Counted from the stretch's first letter, positions 9,256-18,739 are shown. The stretch: 25,399 nucleotides of DNA from an uncultured bacterium (GCA_963977445.1 CAXBPH010000083.1:1-25399), one strand, 5' to 3'. A program made the numbers and translations. Notes: a model not told the origin generated them from the letters alone.

Positions 9256-10656
9256 CTACTTCTTAGGTCCGGCCTTGGGGCGGGTATGGATCCCAATGCC
9301 GTAGTAATCTTCTGCCGCTTCCATCATGGCCTCCGACAAGGTCGGGTGGGTATGAATGGTGTGGGCCATCTCCTCCACCGTCGCCTCCAGCTGCATCGCC
9401 ATGGCACCGGCCGCAATCATTTCGCCGGCTTCGCAGCCCATAATGTGAACGCCGAGTATTTCGTCCGTAGCGGCGTCGCCCACGATTTTGACCAGCCCTT
9501 CGGTTTCACCGATGGCGTGGGCACGGCCATTTCCGGAGAACAGGAACGTGCCGGTCTTTACGTTATATCCCGATTCCTTCGCCTGGGTTTCCGTTAATCC
9601 TACGCTGGCTACTTCCGGGGAGGTAAAGGTGCAGGAGGGAACGACCCGATAATCCATGTGGCGGTTGCCGCCGGTGGCGTTGGTGGCAGCGACGATGCCT
9701 TCGGCGGAGGCGCCGTGGGCCAGCCAGGTCTTGTTGGTCACGTCGCCGATGGCGTAGATCCCCGGAATCGAGGTTTCCATCCGTTCGTCGACCACGATGC
9801 TGCCCCGGGGACCAATTTCCATCCCCAGACCGGCCGTCTTCGTGACGACTTCAGAATTACATTCCAATCCGATACCCACGAGCACCAGATCCACGTCCAG
9901 CTCGCCGGCCTTATCCCCTTCGAGGGTAAGACGGACGCCGCCATCGATCTGGTCCAGCTTGGAGACCTTGGTTCCGGTGCGGATGTCGATGCCCTTCCGT
10001 TTGAGACCGGCGGCGAGACGCTTGCTCAGGTCTTCGTCTTCCCGAGGCAACACGTGGGGCATGAATTCTATGAGCGTAACCTTGGCACCGAGAGCATTCC
10101 AGATGCAGGCAAACTCGGCCCCGATGGCCCCGGCACCGATGACACCGATTCGCTCGGGCAACTCGGTCAGGTCCAGGGCGTCGGTGCTGCCGATGACCGT
10201 CGTGCCGTTAAACTCGAGTCCGGGAAGCTGGGCGGGCCGTCCCCCCGTGGCGATGATGATAGAGGTGGCCTTGATGGTCTCCTCCCCCACCTTGATTTCG
10301 CCCGGCGCGACAATTTGTCCTTCGCCCTGAATCACGTCAATGCCGTGTCCCTTAAAGAGCGCTTCGATACCGCCCGTATTCATGGCGACCACTTTATTCT
10401 TACGGGCGACCATGGCGGCCATGTCAAAACCGACGGATTCTGCTTTAAGACCGTAGTCTCCGGCATGCTGCATCTTACGATACATCTCGGCGGAATATAT
10501 GAGTGTTTTTGTCGGTATGCACCCGACGTTCAGGCAAACGCCGCCGATATCGTTCTTTTCTATCACCACCACTTTCGCGCCACGCTGGGTCGCTCGGACC
10601 GCCGCCACGTATCCACCAGGGCCCGTTCCAATCACTGCTACATCGTATGTTTTCAT
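9256..10656 (-). CDS. lpdA: Dihydrolipoyl dehydrogenase (E3)
   Basis: GTGPGGYVAA FAD motif, GGVCLNVGCIPTK redox disulfide, GAGAIGAEFA NAD motif, HPTLSE catalytic dyad. Confidence 0.96.
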   Translation of the reverse strand: MKTYDVAVIGTGPGGYVAAVRATQRGAKVVVIEKNDIGGVCLNVGCIPTKTLIYSAEMYRKMQHAGDYGLKAESVGFDMAAMVARKNKVVAMNTGGIEALFKGHGIDVIQGEGQIVAPGEIKVGEETIKATSIIIATGGRPAQLPGLEFNGTTVIGSTDALDLTELPERIGVIGAGAIGAEFACIWNALGAKVTLIEFMPHVLPREDEDLSKRLAAGLKRKGIDIRTGTKVSKLDQIDGGVRLTLEGDKAGELDVDLVLVGIGLECNSEVVTKTAGLGMEIGPRGSIVVDERMETSIPGIYAIGDVTNKTWLAHGASAEGIVAATNATGGNRHMDYRVVPSCTFTSPEVASVGLTETQAKESGYNVKTGTFLFSGNGRAHAIGETEGLVKIVGDAATDEILGVHIMGCEAGEMIAAGAMAMQLEATVEEMAHTIHTHPTLSEAMMEAAEDYYGIGIHTRPKAGPKK

Positions 10657-10716
10657 CGGTATCTTTCGTTTTTTAATTAGGTTGTGGTTTTGTGTGTTGG
10701 CAATGTATCCGGCACA

Positions 10717-11868
10717 TCAATGCGTAGCGAGAATCAGGGCCCGCAGGGGCTCTTCCGCCGTAAGACAACATACCTGGTCCAATACACCAGACACGCCATC
10801 CGCCTTAATCAGGGCCATAATTTCCGGTGCCGTGGCATCGGTCGATTCATCAAACTTGAGGGCTGCCCCTATCACCTGGACCAGCGCGGTAGGTTCTACC
10901 CCCTGCTCCAGACACATCCGCGCAGTCGCAATGAGCCGGTCATTGGGGCCCAGTTTCCGCTTCAAATCTCCGCCTACACGGGACACCTGATCGGCCAGCG
11001 CTCTGTTCTGATACCGGTGGATGAGGTCCGTTGCGAAGCTGTCCAGTGCGGCTTTGTCGAGTCCGTGTTTCCGGGACAGGCCCAGGCAACTTTCTTCCAG
11101 GGCCGCCTCCACCGTGGGGCGCACAGCGGGGTCCTGAATGGCTTCGTAGATATAGGTGTGGCCCTGGAGATAGCCGAGATAGGCCGTCGCCGCGTGGCTC
11201 ATATTGTGGACGAAAATCTTCCGCTCCACATAGGCACCGAAATTGGCGTAGGGCTTGGCATGCTTAATGGGGGGCATCTCGCCCTTAAAGCTGTCGCCCG
11301 CCAGGGGTAATTCACAATAGGGCTCGACACAGACCAACAGCGGGTCTATCGCAAGCTGGGCCTCGGTCATTCGGGGTACCATACGGCCAATGGAGGCCTC
11401 GACGAAACCCACTTTGGCGTCGAGGACTTCATGCCATTCGGGCGCCAGATGGCTCCGAACTGCCTCCCGGAGGACCTCATCGCCCCGGAGAAGGTTTTCG
11501 CAGATAATGATATTGAGGGGGGCTGCATCGGGGTTGGCAAAGCGTTTTTCGATACCCCGGGCAATGGCGGGCGCGATGCGGGGCAGTATCTGAGAGCCCA
11601 CGGCAGTCGAAGCCACCGTGGCCACCGCCAGCGCATCGGCAATGGCATCCAGATCGCCGCCATGAATCGCCGTGACATTGTCCACGGGGATGACGACCGT
11701 CGTTTCCGACACCAGATGTATGGGATAACTTCCACGGGACTGCAAAAGCCCTACAACGGCTTCATTTATATCGATAAAGGTCGTGCGAAAGCCCGATTCC
11801 CAATAAAGTTGACCAATAAAGCCCCGGCCAATATTGCCGGCACCAAAATGTACTGCCTGTCCGTTCAA
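10717..11868 (-). CDS. mtlD: Mannitol-1-phosphate 5-dehydrogenase family protein
   Basis: Motifs AVHFGAGNIGRGFIG, TAVG, NIIICEN, YVERKIFVHNMSHA, YLG, D...RVG...RKLGPNDRL. Confidence 0.88.
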   Translation of the reverse strand: MNGQAVHFGAGNIGRGFIGQLYWESGFRTTFIDINEAVVGLLQSRGSYPIHLVSETTVVIPVDNVTAIHGGDLDAIADALAVATVASTAVGSQILPRIAPAIARGIEKRFANPDAAPLNIIICENLLRGDEVLREAVRSHLAPEWHEVLDAKVGFVEASIGRMVPRMTEAQLAIDPLLVCVEPYCELPLAGDSFKGEMPPIKHAKPYANFGAYVERKIFVHNMSHAATAYLGYLQGHTYIYEAIQDPAVRPTVEAALEESCLGLSRKHGLDKAALDSFATDLIHRYQNRALADQVSRVGGDLKRKLGPNDRLIATARMCLEQGVEPTALVQVIGAALKFDESTDATAPEIMALIKADGVSGVLDQVCCLTAEEPLRALILATH

Positions 11869-12163
11869 ATGCCAAATCCTTGCGTAGCCGACGAAGTTTG
11901 CCCCCGTTGATAATCCGCAAAGTATACCATTTAACCAAATCGCTGCGCGATCCCGGGACGAAAGCCGCTACCACCTGGAAACGCTGCCCCCGCCGGGGAC
12001 TGCACCAACCAGACACGAAAAGGACGAGAGGGACAAAAAATGGTGGCCAGCGCCTGGTTGGTGTGATAGCGCGTGGGCGGGAGGCAGTCTTAAACGGAAC
12101 TTAATCCCCCGTGGCGGGAATTATGCTACCGTATGACTGCGATAGAACCTGGAGGAATTCGCG

Positions 12164-12850
12164 ATGCGACGAATAGCGTGGCTTGCGGGCATGTTGTTGA
12201 TTGCGCGGGCGTGCATTGCGGACACGCCGGTGCTGGAGCCGAAAGAGGATGGAGCGCCAACAAAGTTGGCGAATGCAGCGCGTGGTACCGTGCTACCCGT
12301 TGCCGTATTGCGCTACCTGAAGCAAGCGCTGCCGGAGTATCGGCCCGTTACTCCGTCGGACTACGACCCCAGTTGGTTCAATCCACTCAGAAAATACTCC
12401 GCGCCCAGAATGTCCATTTTTAACTGGGTCTTGCGGGCCGATTTTGATGGCAACGGCGACGTTGATTACGCGCTCCTCCTGCGAGGAGGAGAAGACGAGG
12501 ACCTGAAGGCCTTTGTTGTCGTCCGGGCAACGGAAAATGGCTGGACCCACGATATACTCGACGCCTACCGGTGGCCCCCCCTTCCGGATCCTGACAAGCC
12601 CGCGCCCGGCGATATTTATCAACGTAACGTAAGCCAGGTTATTAGGCTGGTTTCCCCGGGACTTCATTCGCTCGTTCTCACAGAAGGCCTGAGCCCCGAT
12701 GCGATACCACTGGACCGCTACGGAGAACCCATACCGACCAGAAAGGCCCTGCTTCTACCCTCCATCGTTTGCAGCGCGCTGGAGTCTTGTTCAGCCGATC
12801 AGTACTACTGGGAGAAGGGCAAATGGCACCAGGTATACGTTGGCATGTAA
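12164..12850 (+). CDS. Hypothetical exported protein with one FG-GAP/DxDxDG-like Ca-binding loop
   Basis: GGAGG RBS, signal peptide MRRIAWLAGMLLIARACIA, motif ADFDGNGDVDYALLL, C-terminal YYWEKGKW. Confidence 0.75.
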   Translation: MRRIAWLAGMLLIARACIADTPVLEPKEDGAPTKLANAARGTVLPVAVLRYLKQALPEYRPVTPSDYDPSWFNPLRKYSAPRMSIFNWVLRADFDGNGDVDYALLLRGGEDEDLKAFVVVRATENGWTHDILDAYRWPPLPDPDKPAPGDIYQRNVSQVIRLVSPGLHSLVLTEGLSPDAIPLDRYGEPIPTRKALLLPSIVCSALESCSADQYYWEKGKWHQVYVGM

Positions 12851-13247
12851 GGCCAGACCGAACATGCCGTGATACCTGGAGGTAAATTTGGGAGAACCAC
12901 CTGTTCTTTAGTCCTCGTTTCCCATGCTCACGTCAATCTAGCATAAGCCCCTATAGCCAGAGGGAAATGCCCACAGGGAGATAGGCATTCCGGCCCGCCT
13001 GCGGCGCGTCGCAGACCTGTCTCAGAGCCCGCGCTTTTCAAGCACGGGCACCTCGAATCGGGGGCAACTACCTGCTCAACGAAAACATCCTGTTGAACTC
13101 CCCGTTTAAACATCAACCCCCGCAGGGACATGCCGCCGCCCGTGGGCCCCATCCGTTATCCGATACATCGTGGCTGTCACATATAGGTGCGCTTCGATTA
13201 GAGGCGCTGGTTGCGGCGGGACGTCCCGTAGTTTCGAACACCCGCCC

Positions 13248-13356
13248 GGGGACTGCACCGACGTGGACTCGTCTTGAATACTCGAAGACTTCTTGGCCAA
13301 CGTGTAACCGACAATTACGAAATCACGCGTAATAGTCGGGGCCGTCCCCCTGAGGG
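13248..13356 (+). repeat. Left half of a dispersed palindromic element (intact copy at 22181-22371)
   Basis: GGGGACTGCACCGAC...CTTGGCCAA...AGTCGGGGCCGTCCCCCTGAGGG, collinear with 22181-22291. GGGGACTGCACC also occurs at 11995-12006. Confidence 0.8.
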
Positions 13357-13450
13357 CTATTCGTTGTGGCGGGCGAGACATCATGGCACGCTGCAGGGAC
13401 ACCCTACCCACGGCGGAGTGCAGTCCGCAGACATCGTAGGCGGACGCTCC

Positions 13451-13848
13451 ATCGGTACAGTCACCCCCGCCGCCGTCGTTGTTCCACTGACGTATCGATA
13501 GGTTGTTTCAAACGGGGGATACTGTCCCGGCAGCAGACGGCGGGGACAGTTTCCGACGGGTAAGTGAGCCCGAACACAGCAAAAAAGACGTAGGGCCCGA
13601 CATTGGACCTGGCATCAAAGGATCGTGGACATTCCCGCCACGGCGCGTCTAGACCTGCCTGACACAAAGCCCACTCAATAGTCCTATCGGTACAGTCACC
13701 CCCGCCGCAGTCGTTGTTCCACTAACGTGTCGATGGGTTGTTTCAAACGGGGGATACTGTCCCGGCAGCACACGGCGGGGACAGTTTCCGACGGGTACGT
13801 GAACCCAGACTCAGCAAAAAAGACATTGGGCCCGTCGGTAACTGTACC
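13451..13848. repeat. Two direct copies of a ~150-bp element; the second is bounded by 12-bp inverted repeats (MITE/REPIN-like)
   Basis: 13451-13599 aligns without gaps to 13686-13834 (offset 235). Copy 2 has GGTACAGTCACC (13689-13700) and GGTAACTGTACC (13837-13848). Both copies contain an internal ACTGTCCC...GGGACAGT inverted pair. Confidence 0.88.
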
Positions 13849-13873
13849 CAAAGGTTCCAATTCTACCACCCGC

Positions 13874-14119
13874 TCACGCCACATAGCGCCCATCCTCCAA
13901 GGCCCGACATTGTCCCAGCGACACCAGCGTATCCAGCAACTCCATCACGCGATCGGTGCGGGCGCGCGTGAAACTTCGGGCCACTTGCTCCGCCGTGGCG
14001 GGGCCGTTGAAGGCGTCCAGGGCACCGCGCACGGATTGGGCCTGGTCCGCCAGGCCCTTGGGCCAGGCGCTCTTCTTGGGTGCCTGCGCCTCCACCGCCG
14101 CGACGGCCATCCCGGCCAC
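13874..14119 (-). pseudogene. C-terminal remnant of an MmeI-like type IIL restriction-modification enzyme / class I SAM-dependent DNA methyltransferase
   Basis: WPKGLADQAQSVRGAL...TAEQVARSFTRARTDRVMELLDTLVSLGQCRALEDGRY resembles the terminal domain of long MmeI/YeeA-like proteins (recognised from memory). An in-frame stop lies at 14165-14167 and no MTase motifs are found upstream. Confidence 0.7.
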
Positions 14120-14157
14120 GGACCCGGTCTTCCTAGCGGCTCCAGACGCTGTCCGAC

Positions 14158-15582
14158 CTACAGTTCAGGCTCATCCGCTTGCATACCACTCAGGCTCATC
14201 CCGATAAGCACACCATCCTCTACATTCCCTTTTTCAGACGTTCCGGTATGGAAAAGCAAACGGCCAATCGCGACGCCTCCGATCTCAAATCGATAATACC
14301 ACTGCGATCCGAAAACCCGATCAGGCTCGCCCAACATTTCACGCACTTCACTCATGGTCATACCATCCTTCACATAGTGCTGCATGAGGGCATAGCCCGC
14401 CTCGGATGAGAGTACTGTCTTGTCCCGTTGATACCTAGACAGCAGCGCTTTGGCAATTTCGGGACGCCATCGGTGGAGGATATAGAGGGCCGCGCGTTCG
14501 CCTTCATCCGCCCGTGCCTTGAGTACCTCAATGTCCTTTTCCGACAACGTGATCACATCCTCAATGGATTCTCCGGTGATGTGCTCTATGGCTTCTTCGA
14601 CGACCGTGTGAGTTATATATTGATTGCCACCGAATATATCGGGAGTGGAAGATTCCCAACCGTAAAATCCGCCTGCCGTCAGGTAAAGCTTCGCCATAGC
14701 AGGCACAGACGTCTCGTCTTTCAGGAAGCCAAGCATTAGTACGGACAAGTTCGAGTTGGATTTCGCGAATTCCTCTCGCATGAGCGCTACTGCCTCTTCC
14801 CGGTGGGCCAAGACGAATTCCCGCTGGAAGGCATCGTCAAAGAGAGGGAAATCACCCCCTGGGGCGTTATCCAGCCTGACATCCATACCCTCTGGCCCCC
14901 CCATATACCCCATGGCGTGAAATAGCACCTTTAGAGACGTTTCAGCATCCCAAAAGGTCCTACCCACGTTATCGTTTAAGGCAGCGAGGATATCAAAACG
15001 TTTCTCCTCTTCATGGAGGTCGGCAAGTTCGATGATGATATCTGCCGATTCTTTGGTGGGTTTTACGCCCCAGAGCGCCCTGGGCATCCAGTACGTGGCA
15101 CTACTACGCGCCTCCCTTTCTCTGTGGCCTTCGTCGGTGGTCAAGCCGCTTCGATGTTCCTCGATCAACAGCCTGATTCCGTGTTGCAGCCCAACCACGG
15201 TCCCTTCATCCTTCATATCAGCCAACGCATTGGCGGCATGAAATCGGATGACAATACTCTCGTGAGTCAGCAACGCGGCGACGGTCTGCCTGGCCTCGGC
15301 GGTCTGAACGAGATCAAGCACACTACCAAGACTGGATTCGTGAATCCGCCCCTCCAGATAGAGTTGAGTGGCGATCTCTACGCCCTCTACGCCCCGATTA
15401 GCCAGTTCCGTCTGTGCACCACGCCAGACTTCGTATTCGTCGTTGCCTAGTCTTTCTAGAAATCCCGCTGTATCAAACGGATCGCCATACACGTCCGCGA
15501 CAGAAAAGGCACCAAGCAGGGCCGACAGAAGAAGCAGCGAAATTCCGGAACGTAGCATTGCTTTGCCCAGGCAACTATTCAT
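14158..15582 (-). CDS. Exported hypothetical protein, HEAT-like repeats plus C-terminal BamE/SmpA-like module (paralogue 2)
   Basis: 474 aa. Hydrophobic signal ISLLLLSALLGAFSVA, HEAT-like LTHESIVIRFHAANALADM, C-terminal VKDGMTMSEVREMLGEPD...WYY. Overlaps the upstream paralogue by 8 nt. Confidence 0.8.
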   Translation of the reverse strand: MNSCLGKAMLRSGISLLLLSALLGAFSVADVYGDPFDTAGFLERLGNDEYEVWRGAQTELANRGVEGVEIATQLYLEGRIHESSLGSVLDLVQTAEARQTVAALLTHESIVIRFHAANALADMKDEGTVVGLQHGIRLLIEEHRSGLTTDEGHREREARSSATYWMPRALWGVKPTKESADIIIELADLHEEEKRFDILAALNDNVGRTFWDAETSLKVLFHAMGYMGGPEGMDVRLDNAPGGDFPLFDDAFQREFVLAHREEAVALMREEFAKSNSNLSVLMLGFLKDETSVPAMAKLYLTAGGFYGWESSTPDIFGGNQYITHTVVEEAIEHITGESIEDVITLSEKDIEVLKARADEGERAALYILHRWRPEIAKALLSRYQRDKTVLSSEAGYALMQHYVKDGMTMSEVREMLGEPDRVFGSQWYYRFEIGGVAIGRLLFHTGTSEKGNVEDGVLIGMSLSGMQADEPEL

Positions 15583-16939
15583 AGGTCCAACCCTCTACGT
15601 GACTGTCCTCCGTCCCCCCGCTCATCGTGACATGAATAGATTTCCGCTCTCCCCAACTGGGCACCCTGTAAATCCAAGTCCTTCCGTCGATTCTATCTGG
15701 TGTACCCAAGACGTTCTTCACCATAGAACCGGTCATCCCCTCGGATACGTAGTGCTGAACGAGAGTGAGTGGCACCCAACCTTCGCTGCCGTACTTTTTT
15801 CCGCGCATCTCTTTGTATTTATTGATCAATATAGGCTGGGCAATATCTGGACGTAGCCGGTGCAATACATAAAGGGCATTCATTCCGTAACCCATCGGAG
15901 CGATTTCTTTCAGTTCACCGATCTGCGTCTCGGAAAGCTCAATGATTTCTTCCAAGGGCTTCCCGGTGATATGGGTAAGTGCCGACTCATAGCAGTGATG
16001 GGCCGTAAACTGATAATAGGCGAACATATCAGGTATCGAGGAATACCAGCCTGGAGACCAGGACTCGCTATAAATGAATTGCCGCTTCAATGCTGGTATT
16101 GAAAATGCATCCTTGAAGTAGCCCAGGAGGAGCGCCGATTGATTGGTCCCTTCCTCGTCCAATTCCTTCCGCATGATCGTAATCGCCGCCTCGCGGTGTG
16201 CCTCTACGAACGCTTGGGTCGCCCCGTCCGGAAAAAGGGATTCCTTTCCCGCCCTCGGCTCAAATACGATCTCCAGCGCTTGGGGAGACCTCGCCCGCTT
16301 CGCAAGGACCCGCTTGAGAATAAAGTGCAACCGGTCCTCCGCGTTCATGAAACCAACGCCTGTCTCCGTATCCAGAACAGCCAACAGATCAAGCCGCTGT
16401 TCTCCCTCGTGAAGCCGGGAGAGAGTCAGAATGGCCTCGGCCGCCTCCGCCGTTTGATCCGCCTTCCAGAGGGCCCGTGAGACAGCGAAATCCATCCTGG
16501 CCCGACCCGTTAACGAGCCCTCCCGAGGCTCTTCCGCGAAATGGCGGGCGGCTCGGAGAAAGGTTTCGGACTGAGAGTCGCATGGAAACTCGCTAAGCGC
16601 TTGGATGGCGTACCCACGGAGCTCCATGTTTTCGTGGGTCACAAACTCGGCAATGGCCTCTCTGGCTTCCGGCGTCTGGCTCTCGCGAAATAGCACTTCG
16701 AGATAGTAGCCTCGAAAACCACTTTCGAGGAAGAGCCGCGCAACAGTCTCGATGCCCTCGGCACCCCGCGTCTTCAAATAATCGACAATCTCACGCGCGG
16801 CGGCATTCTGTACATGAAGATCAGACGCGCTGAGCTTTGGGACCAGCGGCTGCAGTTCGTTCGGAAGCGTCGGCTCCTGCGCGCACGCCGCAGAGACCGC
16901 CCCCAACATAAAAAGAATTCCTATCCACCTATATTTCAT
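15575..16939 (-). CDS. Exported hypothetical protein, HEAT-like repeats plus C-terminal BamE/SmpA-like module (paralogue 1)
   Basis: 454 aa. Signal peptide MKYRWIGILFMLGAVSAACA (possible lipobox), VTHENMELRGYAIQALSEF, VSEGMTGSMVKNVLGTPD...WIY. Collinear similarity to 14158..15582. Confidence 0.82.
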   Translation of the reverse strand: MKYRWIGILFMLGAVSAACAQEPTLPNELQPLVPKLSASDLHVQNAAAREIVDYLKTRGAEGIETVARLFLESGFRGYYLEVLFRESQTPEAREAIAEFVTHENMELRGYAIQALSEFPCDSQSETFLRAARHFAEEPREGSLTGRARMDFAVSRALWKADQTAEAAEAILTLSRLHEGEQRLDLLAVLDTETGVGFMNAEDRLHFILKRVLAKRARSPQALEIVFEPRAGKESLFPDGATQAFVEAHREAAITIMRKELDEEGTNQSALLLGYFKDAFSIPALKRQFIYSESWSPGWYSSIPDMFAYYQFTAHHCYESALTHITGKPLEEIIELSETQIGELKEIAPMGYGMNALYVLHRLRPDIAQPILINKYKEMRGKKYGSEGWVPLTLVQHYVSEGMTGSMVKNVLGTPDRIDGRTWIYRVPSWGERKSIHVTMSGGTEDSHVEGWTYE

Positions 16940-17027
16940 TTGCCGCCCCTTGTTGCGATGAAATCATGAGTGGGCATTGCCCCGCAGTTGGCGGAGCACC
17001 CCAGAAGGGCGATAACCCTCAAATGGG

Positions 17028-17055
17028 AGTATATCGAAATATAGAACTTTTACAA
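17028..17055 (-). promoter_or_regulatory. Putative sigma70 promoter for the HEAT-protein pair
   Basis: TTGTAA-N16-TATACT with an AT-rich UP-like tract at about 17056-17072, roughly 90 nt upstream of ATG 16939. Confidence 0.55.
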
Positions 17056-17199
17056 AAAAGAATTTTTATTCATCCGCAGCCCTCATCGTCACACGGAAAT
17101 TCGTACATTCCGTCTCTCGAAACAACCACGCCTATTCGGCCTGAAAGGCCTCAACAATTGCGTTCAGGGCATCGCCCTCGAATAACGCACGTCGAAATC

Positions 17200-17547
17200 C
17201 TACGCCGCAGACGGCACTACGTCGAGCGTGAAGGTCCCTTCGAAGCCAAAGGGCTCCACGCCGGCAAGTAGAATCTGGTAGGACCAGTCGCCGGTGTAGA
17301 GGTCGATGCGGCCCGGACTGGTCGTGCCGTCGCCATTGTTGAAGGTCACGGCCCGTTCGAAGACATAGGCATTGTCGGCATTTTCGGGCGTGGCGGGATC
17401 GGGGCGCGGCGTGTCTAAGAGTTCGCAGAGTTCGGCCAGAAAGAGTTGGCCGTTGGCAAGTTCCGCCGCCCCGGACGCTTTCCAGCGGGTTACAAAGGCT
17501 TCGATGTCTTCGCGGCTCGCGCACGGATGATCTACGTCAGTGGTCAT
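17200..17547 (-). pseudogene. N-terminal remnant of an MmeI-like type IIL R-M enzyme fused to an unrelated 31-aa tail
   Basis: [43 protein letters not shown]...YVFERAVTF...G.TS.GRIDLY is the start of the MmeI N-terminal nuclease domain. The expected continuation to the ExK motif is replaced at about 17295 by [12 protein letters not shown].... Confidence 0.8.
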
Positions 17548-17632
17548 AATCCCCTCAATCTCAACAAACCGCTACCCTGGCCATCGTGGGCGAAGAAAAC
17601 CCCCATTTTCGGACAGGAACCCCAGGCTACGT

Positions 17633-18057
17633 GGCCCCAGGCGAACACGTACGTGGTCCAATTTCAACGCAGTTTACGAGACGGGTCCAATAATTTCAAC
17701 TCGCCAACTATACCGGCAATAGTGGACCGCCACGAAGGGCGCTTAGGTACAGGCCAATCGCATTTCGATCTCATTAGCTCCGGAGGAGCGGCAGTCTGTA
17801 GCCTGGGACGTCAGTCCCAGGAAATGGGGCCTGATAGGGTTGAATCCGCGAAGCGGATGGCAGACATGTCGGGCAGTCTTCATGTACCATCCGCTGCGCG
17901 GATTCATATCCAACACATAACGGGCACCTGGGGCTGACGCCCCAGGCTACAAACTGCCATCCGCTGCGCGGATTACGTATAAAACGATGAGGACAAGCAC
18001 TATTCAGGCCCCAGGCGAACACGTACGTGGTCCAATTTCAACGCCGTTCACGAGACG
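17633..18057. repeat. 51-bp direct repeats flanking a nested REP-like palindrome cluster
   Basis: 17633-17683 and 18007-18057 differ at 2 positions. Between them: GTAGCCTGGGACGTCAGTCCCAGG (17798-17821) inverted to CCTGGGGCTGACGCCCCAGGCTAC (17927-17950), and AATCCGCGAAGCGGATGG (17843) inverted to CCATCCGCTGCGCGGATT (17887, 17957). Confidence 0.88.
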
Positions 18058-18193
18058 TGAAACCAGGGAACAGCCACCGATATGGTTCGTTTTGCCTTGC
18101 TTATTGCACAAGGAGTGTCGAAAATAAACAGCGACCTGTCAAGAAAAAGTCCGAAAAAATAACTTTTGCAACGGGCTGTCAGGTTTTCCCGAG

Positions 18194-18739
18194 TTATAGC
18201 CCTTCAGGGACATAAACTATGAGATCAACCATTTCACTCCCCTTTGCCAGCCCTTTCAACTCCATTGATGTCGGTTTAGCGCTGCCATTTTTCACGAATA
18301 TCGTCACAGTCTCCACCTTGTCGTATAGCAAGATAGAAAATTGACCATTTTGACTGCCCGACACACTTTCCCAGTTCCATGGCTCGTCAGGATATATATT
18401 CATCGACATAACAAAAGCGGGCCCAAAGGTGCTAGATACGCTCTCCTCTGTCTCCCAGAGATCCTTGCCTGTTAGAACACCAGGTTTATACCCGATTTCA
18501 AATGAGGTCACAGCTCGTCCTGTGTCCTGATACACCACGCGTCCCCCGATGCGTGCGAAGTAGTCGAGGTTTTCCGTCCGATGAATGCTGTATCCTTCAG
18601 CGGTTAGGTCCTGGAGCAAATCTTCAGCATTAGAGTACGCGGCGAAATCTTCCGAGTCACCCTCGTTTCCGTTGCAAGCAGCCAGAGCTATGGTAATAAT
18701 CACTGTAGCGACGAAGCCTATACCAAATCTATTAAACAT
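18194..18739 (-). CDS. Hypothetical lipoprotein
   Basis: ATG 18739 after GGGAG. MFNRFGIGFVATVIITIALAA-C has a canonical lipobox. Appears AT-richer than the core genes. Confidence 0.75.
   Translation of the reverse strand: MFNRFGIGFVATVIITIALAACNGNEGDSEDFAAYSNAEDLLQDLTAEGYSIHRTENLDYFARIGGRVVYQDTGRAVTSFEIGYKPGVLTGKDLWETEESVSSTFGPAFVMSMNIYPDEPWNWESVSGSQNGQFSILLYDKVETVTIFVKNGSAKPTSMELKGLAKGSEMVDLIVYVPEGL

Noticed and set aside
9658..10680. Long + strand ORF of 340 aa (similarly 629..1534, 2596..3378, 10684..11310, 23810..24355)
   Set aside because: Antisense shadows of well-supported minus-strand genes in GC-rich DNA, with no recognisable motifs.
12928..13893. Short ORFs, including two similar ones (13461..13667 and 13696..13893)
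   Set aside because: Their similarity comes from the duplicated DNA element; no RBS or protein-like features.
18162..18180. TTTTGCAACGGGCT resembling an IS terminal repeat
   Set aside because: No matching partner end or transposase found; too short to support alone.
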